30,691 nt of DNA from a virus (IMGVR_UViG_3300044986_000567:1-30691), one strand, 5' to 3'. Shown: positions 8,326-16,477, numbered from the stretch's first letter. The notes: a model not told the origin generated them from the sequence alone. Made by a program: numbers and translations.

Positions 8326-8613
8326 ATGCCAGCCAAACGTAAGAGAAAAGGATTCCCACTTGGCTTCTGTGTCATTACACCCGACTGCTACGATCTGCTA
8401 TTCAAACATAAGAAAGAACCAGAGGAGTACTTTAAAAGACATATCCAGCACGACTGGGGCGATGCCTGTGAAGAGACTAAGGCGCTTAACGATTACGCAG
8501 TCGATAAGGAGCACCGTATCTTCTCTGTCTATCGCCTCGGTGGTGAGAATATATTTCTCATCACTGCGGCTGATCGATCTTCATCTACCCTTCAGCTAGC
8601 ATCCGAGTATTGA
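8326..8613 (+). CDS. conserved plasmid/phage protein (RH..xDWG / ITxADRSxTTxLLxxEY family)
   Basis: FPLG..VITP...KRHIQHDWG...N...RIFSVY...ITAADRSSSTLQLASEY. Confidence 0.75.
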   Translation: MPAKRKRKGFPLGFCVITPDCYDLLFKHKKEPEEYFKRHIQHDWGDACEETKALNDYAVDKEHRIFSVYRLGGENIFLITAADRSSSTLQLASEY

Positions 8614-8757
8614 TTGCCAAGCAAGGACGGACACATCTTGACAGTCGAATTAGCTTACAGTTCCGGTAATGCTTGAGGCTTAGTAAGCATGAAGGTATGA
8701 TGGGCCTTTCCCATTTAGAAACTAGAGTTATTAACAATACCAACACAGGAGACTTGA

Positions 8758-9294
8758 ATGAACTTGATATCAATCTTGTTCGATGATGAAGTTGTTTGGC
8801 CGGTGCTCGACAAGAGTGGCGACGAACTAGAGATCAGAATGTATTACGACTCAGATCCAGAAGCAATTGAGAACGGATCAGCCAAGTACTTTGTACCTGA
8901 CATCATTACGTTATCGAGTGAACACATCGCAGCAGCAGCAAAAAACACAGACATCCTACACGATCAAGACATGATCGCTATACGACCACCAGTAGCTACT
9001 GGCATTGTATGGAAGCTATCGAAAGAAGATCCACTGTGTGTTGTCGAAGCTGTTACCAAGGAACTAATATGTCAAGTACAACCAGGAGAATATGCCGAAG
9101 CTAATGCGCGTATCATCGCAGCATCACGGGCATTACTCAATATTGCCCAGGGTGTTTACACTAGGATGTCTTGGTACGGAGCGATGATCGCAGATGACGA
9201 TCAGAGTCTATGCCAGTTCATTGTCAGAGCACTCAGGGAAGCTGGCGTTGAGAACGTAGATGATCTTTACACTGAAGAGGATAGCGAAGATTGA
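8758..9294 (+). CDS. hypothetical protein with ANARIIAA motif
   Basis: AGGAG RBS. Shares ANAR(L/I)IAA with 7453-7785. Confidence 0.7.
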   Translation: MNLISILFDDEVVWPVLDKSGDELEIRMYYDSDPEAIENGSAKYFVPDIITLSSEHIAAAAKNTDILHDQDMIAIRPPVATGIVWKLSKEDPLCVVEAVTKELICQVQPGEYAEANARIIAASRALLNIAQGVYTRMSWYGAMIADDDQSLCQFIVRALREAGVENVDDLYTEEDSED

Positions 9295-9318
9295 GTTAAA
9301 CATAAACTGATTAGTATG

Positions 9319-9391
9319 TCTTGATGATGCGGAAAATTTGCAGCGTCAGCGGTATAGGGGTGGAGCGAGTGACTTCCACCCTTTTTCGTTT
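9319..9391 (+). promoter_or_regulatory. 38-bp element copy 7 plus hairpin/T-tract
   Basis: TCTTGA TGATGC GGAAAA tttgcagcgtcagc GGTATA (9319-9356). GGGTGGAG/TTCCACCC stem followed by TTTTTCGTTT, then AGGAG and ATG 9406. Confidence 0.85.
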
Positions 9392-9405
9392 ACAGGAGTA
9401 AGTGA

Positions 9406-10047
9406 ATGGTCAAGTTAAACAAAGTGTTCAAGCCAAGTTCGTTAGATGATATTGTTGGTCAACCAATCGAATCACTAAAGCAGTTACTTGAGAATCCTTC
9501 GCGTGGTTGCTGGATGCTGGTAGGAGATCCCGGCACTGGCAAGACTATAACAACGAGAGTTATCTCTGAATCGCTTGGTTGCGAAGATGAGTTCACGGGA
9601 TTGCATCATGTCCCATGCACTCTGCTAGGTATAGAAGATGCCAAGACGCTGTTCTTACGTGACCTTGCTTACTGTAGCCCAAGTGGATTTCATTTAGTGA
9701 TCCTTGAGGAATGCGAGTTCCTGTCTCCACAGGTTCAGCGATTTCTAAAGGATGCACTTGACCCAGAGACGAGCTTAAGGCGGAACACGATCGTCATGGG
9801 AACTAGCAACAAGATCGACGGGCTTGATGAAGCTCTGATCGAGCGATTCCGAATACTTGAATTCAGCAGCAACAAGGTGTTTGCCGACTCTTGTTACAAT
9901 AAGATCTGTGAAATTTGGGAGAAGGTCACAGGATACGAGGCTCCCACCGCTGCAAAAAAATGGGGCTGGAAAGGGGAACGGTTTTCCATGCGGCTTGCAA
10001 CACAGCAGGCCGAAGACGCTTTAGCAAAGGAGTTTTCAAAGTGCTAA
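9406..10047 (+). CDS. clamp-loader clade AAA+ ATPase (RFC/DnaX/RarA-like), short
   Basis: KVFKPSSLDDIVGQ, Walker A GDPGTGKT, Walker B VILEECE, sensor-1 GTSN, arginine finger LIERF. Confidence 0.8.
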   Translation: MVKLNKVFKPSSLDDIVGQPIESLKQLLENPSRGCWMLVGDPGTGKTITTRVISESLGCEDEFTGLHHVPCTLLGIEDAKTLFLRDLAYCSPSGFHLVILEECEFLSPQVQRFLKDALDPETSLRRNTIVMGTSNKIDGLDEALIERFRILEFSSNKVFADSCYNKICEIWEKVTGYEAPTAAKKWGWKGERFSMRLATQQAEDALAKEFSKC

Positions 10048-10256
10048 CTATCGGTGTCAAGCAAGACAGTGTCGTAGAGATTATTGCTCCAGACGGGACT
10101 GTCATAAAGATTGCTTTCAAGCGATTGAAATCGAGGGGAATGATTGGTATCGATGCACCAATCGAGTACAAGATTAATCGTACGAAGCATCAGCCTGCGG
10201 CACAAGCAGATCAACTACCTCAACACCAAGAGCACAAGCCAGAGTGTTCAGCGTAG
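10041..10256 (+). CDS. csrA: CsrA/RsmA-like RNA-binding regulator
   Basis: GTG 10041 with AAGGAG RBS. (M)LTIGVK...IKI....GMIGIDAPIEYKINR matches CsrA IGIxAP..V.+.R. Confidence 0.7.
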   Translation: MLTIGVKQDSVVEIIAPDGTVIKIAFKRLKSRGMIGIDAPIEYKINRTKHQPAAQADQLPQHQEHKPECSA

Positions 10257-10434
10257 GCAGCGTAGGGCAGTAACGCCTAGATTCAATCTCGACAATTCTG
10301 ATTCGACCATATCCGGTCAATTCACCTAGCTTCTCTTGGGTATACCCACGACGATTACGAATCGCTCTGACATTGGCACAAGCCATGCGAGCTAGGGTCT
10401 CTAGTTTTTTCTCAACCGTTTGTTTTGATTTCAT
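10174..10434 (-). CDS. XRE/Cro-C1 HTH transcriptional regulator
   Basis: NVRAIRNRRGYTQEKLGELTG...IVEIESRRYCPTLPTLNTLACALGVEVVDLL. GAGGA RBS. Confidence 0.85.
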   Translation of the reverse strand: MKSKQTVEKKLETLARMACANVRAIRNRRGYTQEKLGELTGYGRIRIVEIESRRYCPTLPTLNTLACALGVEVVDLLVPQADASYD

Positions 10435-10446
10435 CGGAGGTTCCTC

Positions 10447-11574
10447 ATGCGATGTACTATTGATCGACTTAATTTTACCAAGGCTGTCGATTTCGTTTCC
10501 CAGTTCACCCTCAAGACATCGGCCAAGCCAGTGCTTGAGTGCGTCAAACTGGTCATTGATCGTGATTCACTAACTGTCAGCGGCTACGACGGAGAGGCAC
10601 AGGCAGAGTACGTACTAAGCTGCGAGTCTCGCTTGACATCGCAGGTCGTAGTCAACGCCACACTGCTCAAAAAAATAATCAAAGCTTGCGACATGGACGA
10701 ACTAACGATCGAGGTGGAAGGTAATCGCGATAACCCCACCGGCCTAGTGGTTAAGAACCATGATGACAAGTTCGTTGTGCCTAACTTTGGTTCGGACTTG
10801 CCATCCCTACCGTCGGTCGGTCACGACTATCTTACTCTACCAGCCTACTATTTATCAAGGGCTGGAGCATTGACCGTAGCCGCCGATTCAGGTTCAGGTC
10901 GCTATCAGCTCCAGTCAGTACTGTTCAAGTCTACAGATAGTAGCCTTGAGCTTGTGTCGACAGACAGTCGCCGTCTCATGCACTACCATATCCCCTTCGA
11001 GAATGATGTGCAGGGAAGTTGGATGATCCCCAGCACCGTGGTCAAGCGGATTAGTAAGTTAGGGGAAACGGAAATGGCAGCGAACCAGAATATGGCTTTG
11101 TTTGTCAGCGGTGATATCAAAGTTGCATGCCGATTGATCGAGGGAAGATTCCCAGATTACAACAAAATCTTAGAACAACCCTCCGAATCGCCAGCAGCCA
11201 AACGTGTGATCGATCGCACTATGCTACTGGGAACCCTTAAGCGAGCCACACTATTTTCAACTGACGACAACCGTGCCACCACATGGAAAGCAAGTGGTCG
11301 AAGTTTACAGATCAGTGCTTCGACTGCTTCGGTAGGTAAAGCTAAAGTGTCACTCGAATGCGAACGAGAAGACGGTGATGCAAATTTCACTGTCACCCTT
11401 GACGGTGAGATGGTGCGAGAAATGATTGAGCAGTCGACCGTCGACACTGTAGACTTTATGTATTACGGAGGGACGAATGCTGTTCGATTCGTAACTAATG
11501 GTATGACTTGCATCCTCATGCCGATGGGCTCTAGCAGCCCGCAGCGTCAAGAGGAACAAGAAGTCACAGCGTAA
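10447..11574 (+). CDS. dnaN: DNA polymerase III beta sliding clamp, paralogue 1
   Basis: 375 aa. KPVLECVKL, LVSTDSRRL, RLIEGRFPDY, C-terminal ILMPM. GGAGG RBS. Confidence 0.9.
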   Translation: MRCTIDRLNFTKAVDFVSQFTLKTSAKPVLECVKLVIDRDSLTVSGYDGEAQAEYVLSCESRLTSQVVVNATLLKKIIKACDMDELTIEVEGNRDNPTGLVVKNHDDKFVVPNFGSDLPSLPSVGHDYLTLPAYYLSRAGALTVAADSGSGRYQLQSVLFKSTDSSLELVSTDSRRLMHYHIPFENDVQGSWMIPSTVVKRISKLGETEMAANQNMALFVSGDIKVACRLIEGRFPDYNKILEQPSESPAAKRVIDRTMLLGTLKRATLFSTDDNRATTWKASGRSLQISASTASVGKAKVSLECEREDGDANFTVTLDGEMVREMIEQSTVDTVDFMYYGGTNAVRFVTNGMTCILMPMGSSSPQRQEEQEVTA

Positions 11575-11606
11575 CTGATTCACAATTTGATTCGCAATAA
11601 TTACTA

Positions 11607-11642
11607 GGGCGGGCACAGGGTTGATGCCCGCTCACTTTTTTT
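11607..11642 (+). terminator. terminator-like hairpin before RBS
   Basis: GGGCGGGCA/TGCCCGCTC stem, T7, then AGGAG. Confidence 0.65.
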
Positions 11643-11656
11643 CAGGAGAAACTTGA

Positions 11657-12556
11657 ATGAACATGCTTCTCGACGACAACGCAACAGAACAATTGCAGGC
11701 ACAGACCATCGCCGTACAGATGGACATGACACGATTCGGCACGAGTAAGAATTTTGAAGATAGCTACATAACAGATATCGCCCGAACATTAGAAGCCAGT
11801 GCTGATCGTATCAAGGCAATGCAGGTGATTGTCAACACCAAGCACCCTGCCTATTCCGCTGTAACCAGCCACATGAGTAAGGTCAAACGCGAGTTCAAGG
11901 AAAAAACTGTAAGCTACCCAGAGCCTTCGGTGCGCTTACTGCACATTGATAATCTGGAAAAGTTTCAACAGTACATTACCGAGCAGTGCCAGATTCTTGA
12001 AACGCTGGTGACGACACTGGACTCGCATCGTGACGAGCTAGTAGATGATGCCCGTCGCAAGTTAGGTCGACCATTCCGCGAGGATTATTACCCACGAACC
12101 TTTGTCGGCAAGTTTACTATATCGGTATCGTACCCGTCGATCGGGCCTGACGAGCGACTTCAACGACTTAACCCTGAGTTATACGAGCAGCAGAAGCGTC
12201 GGTTTGCGTCGATGATGGAGCAGGCTATCGAGGAAACGACAGCAGCACTGGCTAGTGAGCTACAAGATATCCTCGGGAGTATCGCCAGTCAGCTCACTCA
12301 GGGCAAGCAGCTCCGCACTAATATGTTTGATCCTCTCAATAACTTCCTCGATCGGTTTGCTGATGTTCGATTAGGTAGCAGTAGAGCGATACAGGATGTC
12401 GTCGATCAAGCTAGATCTATTCTGTCAGCCAGAGGCTCGGTAGCCATTGCTCGGTCAGCATCTGTACGAACAGCAATCGCTCAATCACTGGCTCCTCTAC
12501 ACGAGAACGTAAGCCAGTTCGTGCAGGATGCACCGTATCGCATGATTCAGCTTTGA
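11657..12556 (+). CDS. DUF3150-like helical protein
   Basis: NTKHPAYSAVT, SYPEPSVRLL, ARRKLG..F..DYYP, LQRLNPELYEQ resemble the Planctomycete protein found next to DUF1257/DUF2997/AAA genes (recollection). Confidence 0.7.
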   Translation: MNMLLDDNATEQLQAQTIAVQMDMTRFGTSKNFEDSYITDIARTLEASADRIKAMQVIVNTKHPAYSAVTSHMSKVKREFKEKTVSYPEPSVRLLHIDNLEKFQQYITEQCQILETLVTTLDSHRDELVDDARRKLGRPFREDYYPRTFVGKFTISVSYPSIGPDERLQRLNPELYEQQKRRFASMMEQAIEETTAALASELQDILGSIASQLTQGKQLRTNMFDPLNNFLDRFADVRLGSSRAIQDVVDQARSILSARGSVAIARSASVRTAIAQSLAPLHENVSQFVQDAPYRMIQL

Positions 12557-12562
12557 ACAGTA

Positions 12563-12591
12563 TTGACATCGCTACGTAGTGACTATAAATT
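12563..12591 (+). promoter_or_regulatory. sigma70-like promoter with palindrome in spacer
   Basis: TTGACA-N17-TAAATT (or N15-TATAAA). The spacer holds TCGCTACGTAGTGA. Confidence 0.6.
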
Positions 12592-12622
12592 CCACAAAGT
12601 CTTTTCATTTTAGGAGGTGGCT

Positions 12623-13168
12623 ATGAGCCATTCGCAGACGGTCAAGGTTGAGGTCAAGGTCGGTGAGGCGTTGGAAGCTGCTGCTAAGGAGATGAACGCT
12701 AAGAACTACAGTTCTTCGGTTGGCAGCGTCCGATTGTACGACGGCACGTATAATGGCATGTTCGTTCACTTCCAGGGATGGGTTTATCCTGTTGTATTCA
12801 ACGAGCGTGGAGCGATCTACGACGACTACAACGGACGGTGGGGCAGGAAGGATGATGTCACGCGATTCCAGCAGGCGTATGCAGCTAATGCTGTACGCAT
12901 CGTTGGCATGCGAGAGGGAAACTGTTTGGAGTTCGACACAACCAGTGGAACGAATCGACTGGTAGGGCTCCGGCATCCAGACGGTAGCTTGATCAAAGCG
13001 ACGTTCCCGTTAGGGGGCGAAGCATTAATCGAGGTGGAGGCGTGCGCTGGCAGTGCATGCCAGAGTCATACGGCACCGATCAGCCATGCACTAGGGATGG
13101 CAACTAGTGAAATACTTAAGGATGAGTATTACCAGAAGGAGCAGGTACGAGAGCGAGAGACCGAGTAG
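12623..13168 (+). CDS. DUF1257 (Ycf35-like) fused to DUF2997
   Basis: N-terminal MSHSQTVKVEV...GWVYPVV...YDDYNGRWG...RFQQAYA. C-terminal GEALIEVEACAGSACQSHTAPISHALG....LKDEYYQ. AGGAGG RBS. Confidence 0.75.
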   Translation: MSHSQTVKVEVKVGEALEAAAKEMNAKNYSSSVGSVRLYDGTYNGMFVHFQGWVYPVVFNERGAIYDDYNGRWGRKDDVTRFQQAYAANAVRIVGMREGNCLEFDTTSGTNRLVGLRHPDGSLIKATFPLGGEALIEVEACAGSACQSHTAPISHALGMATSEILKDEYYQKEQVRERETE

Positions 13169-13187
13169 CCAGTGAAAAGTAACTTGG

Positions 13188-13229
13188 GAGCAGGCGGGGT
13201 AGATGGATCTATCTCGCCTGTTTTTGTTT
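13188..13229 (+). terminator. long hairpin plus T-tract before RBS
   Basis: GAGCAGGCGGGGTAGAT/ATCTATCTCGCCTGTTT stem. Confidence 0.7.
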
Positions 13230-13244
13230 CGGGAGGAGATGGAA

Positions 13245-13511
13245 ATGCAAATCAATTCAATTTACGACGACAGACTAATTTTTCTACAGCAGCTCGGCGC
13301 AACAGATATCAAACGAGCTAGCCATGTAGAACCTCAAGGAACAGCATGGATCGCTGACATGGGGCCGTCAGGTGGGCCAGTGCTAGGGCCCTTTGAAACT
13401 CGCAACGAAGCACTCGAAAGGGAACGAGAATGGTTGATCAATTTGTGGCGAACCAAGCTCTTATCATCTGGCTACCTAGAGCGGAGTGGTGGGAGCAACA
13501 ACGAGATCTAA
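13245..13511 (+). CDS. small conserved protein (RASHVEP family) of the DUF1257/DUF2997 module
   Basis: LG...IKRASHVEP....WIADMGPSGGPVLGPF..R.EAL..E.EWL. GGAGGA RBS. Confidence 0.75.
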   Translation: MQINSIYDDRLIFLQQLGATDIKRASHVEPQGTAWIADMGPSGGPVLGPFETRNEALEREREWLINLWRTKLLSSGYLERSGGSNNEI

Positions 13512-13756
13512 TCATCTCAGCCAAATGCGTCAATGGTGTAACCAGGAAGACCACCATCGAAGAGTATCGGAAGATTATCGACATGTGCATGGAGTACTTT
13601 CAACAAAACGATGTGCCATTTATGAAAGTGGACATGAACCCCTCTTGGGTCAAACAGGAATTGCAGGCGACGAGAAAGCCCATGACTAGGCAGGAAGTCG
13701 CTGCAATACTTTACGATCCAATCGGCATCGAGCGAATAGGATTCAAAATCAAATGA
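13430..13756 (+). CDS. hypothetical protein (start uncertain)
   Basis: Fills the gap. ATGA overlap with the next gene. Confidence 0.5.
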   Translation: MVDQFVANQALIIWLPRAEWWEQQRDLIISAKCVNGVTRKTTIEEYRKIIDMCMEYFQQNDVPFMKVDMNPSWVKQELQATRKPMTRQEVAAILYDPIGIERIGFKIK

Positions 13757-13992
13757 TCGATTCACAAGCCATGCAGGAGCTAGTCAGCATCCTGACCGAA
13801 AGGAAGTTTGCTCACCGCCGACAGGCTGGGAGCGAGACAACCAGAGCATTAATCGAACACGGATTCATCGAACCAATCTACGGCAACAACGTAGGCGAAC
13901 GATTTTACAAACTGACACAACGAGGCGTGGATGAGGCGAAGCGTTTCGCTGAAGGACAGAAGGCAACACTTGAGGGCAACGACAATGACTGA
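13753..13992 (+). CDS. small winged-helix-like protein
   Basis: ALIEHGFIE...FYKLTQRG wHTH wing pattern. Confidence 0.55.
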   Translation: MIDSQAMQELVSILTERKFAHRRQAGSETTRALIEHGFIEPIYGNNVGERFYKLTQRGVDEAKRFAEGQKATLEGNDND

Positions 13993-15475
13993 GACCATTT
14001 ACAGCAAGATTCTTTTTCATAAGCGCCGTAGTGCTCCACTGCTGGCAATCAACAGTCCTGATCCTATTACTCTTCGCCGTGACATCCCACCACAACTAGA
14101 TTCATTTCCTGTTTTTGTATGGGATGATGTAGTCGGTTTCGATCTCGGTCATGCGAGAGACACCAATACACCATCGGAGATATCCGTCAATGGGTGGCAA
14201 GCTGTGACCGAAGCTGTATCGCACCTACCAGATGGAGCCAGGAAGGATAGCCTTAACAACACGATCAAGCAGTTCGGCAAGGTCGCCACACAGAACATGC
14301 TTGACCTAGCGATGGAGTTCCCGACTGGAACGGTGCTGATTGTACAACATGCTAATGATCTATTGAGGAATCATGCAACTCAGCAAGCGATCATGAATCT
14401 GCGTAACGCCTACGCTGCTCTCGGTCGCACATTGATCCTACTGGACAACGAGTTCGTCATACCAGAGTGCCTACGCAACGATGTTATTATTCTCGATGAC
14501 GACCTGCCAACAAGTGAGCATTATCTTGACTCGGTAACAAAGATATGTCGCTCGGTCGGTATCGCTTTGCCGGAAGATGTTACACCAGTCATCGACGCAG
14601 TTGCTGGTTTGCCACTGTTCCAAGCGGAGCAGGCTTTATCGTTAGCGATCCAAGCCGATGGATACAACATGCCAAAGCTGTGGTCGCTCAAGAAGCAACT
14701 CGTCGATCAAACTCAAGGACTTAGTGTTCATTACCAAGGCGATGGGTTCGACAAGGTGGGTGGGCTGCATGGTATCAAGCGATACTTCACCGAATTGATG
14801 CACGGGCCTAAGCCACCACAGATCATCGTGTGGCTTGACGAGATCGAGAAGAGTGGTCTAGCTCATACGGGAGATACCAACGGCATCAACGCCGATGCAC
14901 TTGGCTCTCTGCTGTCTTACATCGAGGATCACAATTCGTACTGCGTGTCACTGACAGGTTTGCCAGGTACAGGGAAAAGCTTAATCGCCAAGTCAGTTGG
15001 TGTTGAGTTCAACCGTCTCGTCATCCGAATGGATCTTGGCGCGATGAAAGGTTCGTATGTCGGTGAGAGTGAGACCCGACTACGTGCGGCGTTACGCTTG
15101 ATCTCGGCACTGTCCAACGACAACGCACTATTCATTGCGACCAGTAATTCAATCGATGGCCTGGACGCTGCCTTGCGATCTCGGTTTGTAGATACGTTTT
15201 ACTTTCCACTACCGACTCGCGAAGAGTTGTCTCCAGTGTGGGATATTCACAAAGCCAAGTATGGTTTCGAAGAGACAAATCCAGAAGATACCAGTTGGGT
15301 ATCTCGCAACGTCAAGCAGTGCGTAGAGAAGGCTTATCGCATGCGTAGGAGCCTGAAGCAGACAGCGACGACTATCATTCCTCTCGGTGTATCTATGGCT
15401 AACGAGGTGAATAAGCTTAACGAACAAGCGCGTGGTCGCTTCTTGTGTGCTTCGACTGGCGAGCAGTACGAATAG
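13985..15475 (+). CDS. Ycf46/SpoVK-like AAA+ ATPase with permuted motif order
   Basis: Inactive N-terminal AAA-like domain (VFVWD, IPECLRND...LP). Then FDKVGGL, WLDEIEK (Walker B), GLPGTGKS (Walker A), MKGSYVGESE, ATSN, LRSRF. Confidence 0.85.
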   Translation: MTETIYSKILFHKRRSAPLLAINSPDPITLRRDIPPQLDSFPVFVWDDVVGFDLGHARDTNTPSEISVNGWQAVTEAVSHLPDGARKDSLNNTIKQFGKVATQNMLDLAMEFPTGTVLIVQHANDLLRNHATQQAIMNLRNAYAALGRTLILLDNEFVIPECLRNDVIILDDDLPTSEHYLDSVTKICRSVGIALPEDVTPVIDAVAGLPLFQAEQALSLAIQADGYNMPKLWSLKKQLVDQTQGLSVHYQGDGFDKVGGLHGIKRYFTELMHGPKPPQIIVWLDEIEKSGLAHTGDTNGINADALGSLLSYIEDHNSYCVSLTGLPGTGKSLIAKSVGVEFNRLVIRMDLGAMKGSYVGESETRLRAALRLISALSNDNALFIATSNSIDGLDAALRSRFVDTFYFPLPTREELSPVWDIHKAKYGFEETNPEDTSWVSRNVKQCVEKAYRMRRSLKQTATTIIPLGVSMANEVNKLNEQARGRFLCASTGEQYE

Positions 15476-15510
15476 CATCGAATGACAAATACAAATAAAA
15501 GGTCAACACT

Positions 15511-15783
15511 ATGAGCAAAGCAAAGACAATTAAATCAGACAAATGTTACTGCCATGATTCGGCTATCGGTAAGTGTGTGATTTGTCAAGAAACTGAGGAT
15601 CGACAAAAAGAAGATGAGGTATGTTCATCTTGGAATTGGAACGGCACTGCAAGAGAGTGTGCAATGGAAGCCAAGGATCTGGGATGGACAACGCATACTA
15701 TAGAGTCCGCGATGACGCGATTTGGATACAAACAGTCAGACATTAAATCAGTCGTGTATGAATTTGAGAATTTAGATTATTAA
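15511..15783 (+). CDS. hypothetical Cys-rich protein
   Basis: AAGG RBS. CYC..CVIC. Confidence 0.55.
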   Translation: MSKAKTIKSDKCYCHDSAIGKCVICQETEDRQKEDEVCSSWNWNGTARECAMEAKDLGWTTHTIESAMTRFGYKQSDIKSVVYEFENLDY

Positions 15784-15897
15784 AACAACAGTACCAAGTG
15801 TGATTCGCTAGTTAACCGATAAAGCGCGGTGGCTCCCGATGCGATATTCGGGAGCATTATTGTACGTACATTATTTCTATTCATAGGCAGACGTTAC

Positions 15898-16203
15898 ATG
15901 GGAGATGCAATTAGAACAGGAGATCGCGTTCGCTTCCAACTTCCAGTCTTTCAGGGCGGATCCTTTTTTCGGGGTCGCCAAGTAGGAAAGCCAAGAGTTG
16001 TTGGACATAAGGAGTTTTCTGGTGTTGTCGTTCGCCATTCCTACGGAGCAGAGAAAGGGCAACACACGTTCTCGATTCAACTAGACGATGGCTCACTTAA
16101 GAGAGTCAAGGGCCGAAACCTTTACCCCAATCTAATCCAGCACATCGTTAATACAGATTCACCTGACCGTACAAATCCTGATTCATCGCCAAAGAAACCA
16201 TAA
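15898..16203 (+). CDS. hypothetical protein (SH3-like; HSYGAEKGQHTF / KGRNLY motif)
   Basis: ATG 15898. Motif seen in small phage proteins. Confidence 0.6.
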   Translation: MGDAIRTGDRVRFQLPVFQGGSFFRGRQVGKPRVVGHKEFSGVVVRHSYGAEKGQHTFSIQLDDGSLKRVKGRNLYPNLIQHIVNTDSPDRTNPDSSPKKP

Positions 16204-16219
16204 AGCATCAATTAATTCG

Positions 16220-16477
16220 GTGACGAGGGAGGCATGGCAGATGTCAAGATGCACCATTGAGAAATTTAAAGAAGCATGGTACGAGGCTCACGCTAGAGAT
16301 AGAGCCAGAGCATACATGAATCACGATTCTAATCCATTTTGTTCGAGCCGAGGCTCTGTAATGACAGCGAGAACTTGGCAACAACTAGAAGATCGAACCT
16401 GGGAAATCAGAGGCGGTAGTAGTGGTTACGACTGGCATACTGCTGCTCTCAATAGATGCCTTCCTTGGCAACTGTGA
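16220..16477 (+). CDS. hypothetical protein (start possibly 16241)
   Basis: ORF. GGAGG upstream of the internal ATG. Confidence 0.5.
   Translation: MTREAWQMSRCTIEKFKEAWYEAHARDRARAYMNHDSNPFCSSRGSVMTARTWQQLEDRTWEIRGGSSGYDWHTAALNRCLPWQL

Noticed and set aside
8638-8672. TTGACA upstream of 8758 as a promoter or eighth cassette
   Set aside because: There is no -10 at 16-18 nt. The TCTTGA-to-GGTA spacing is 23 rather than 26, and the ATGCGGAAAA core is absent.
81-9356. 38-bp repeats as a CRISPR array or integron attC sites
   Set aside because: Copies are dispersed and degenerate, lie in both orientations, are separated by whole genes and sit 5' of RBSs. There is no cas or integrase gene and no attC GTTRRRY/RYYYAAC structure.
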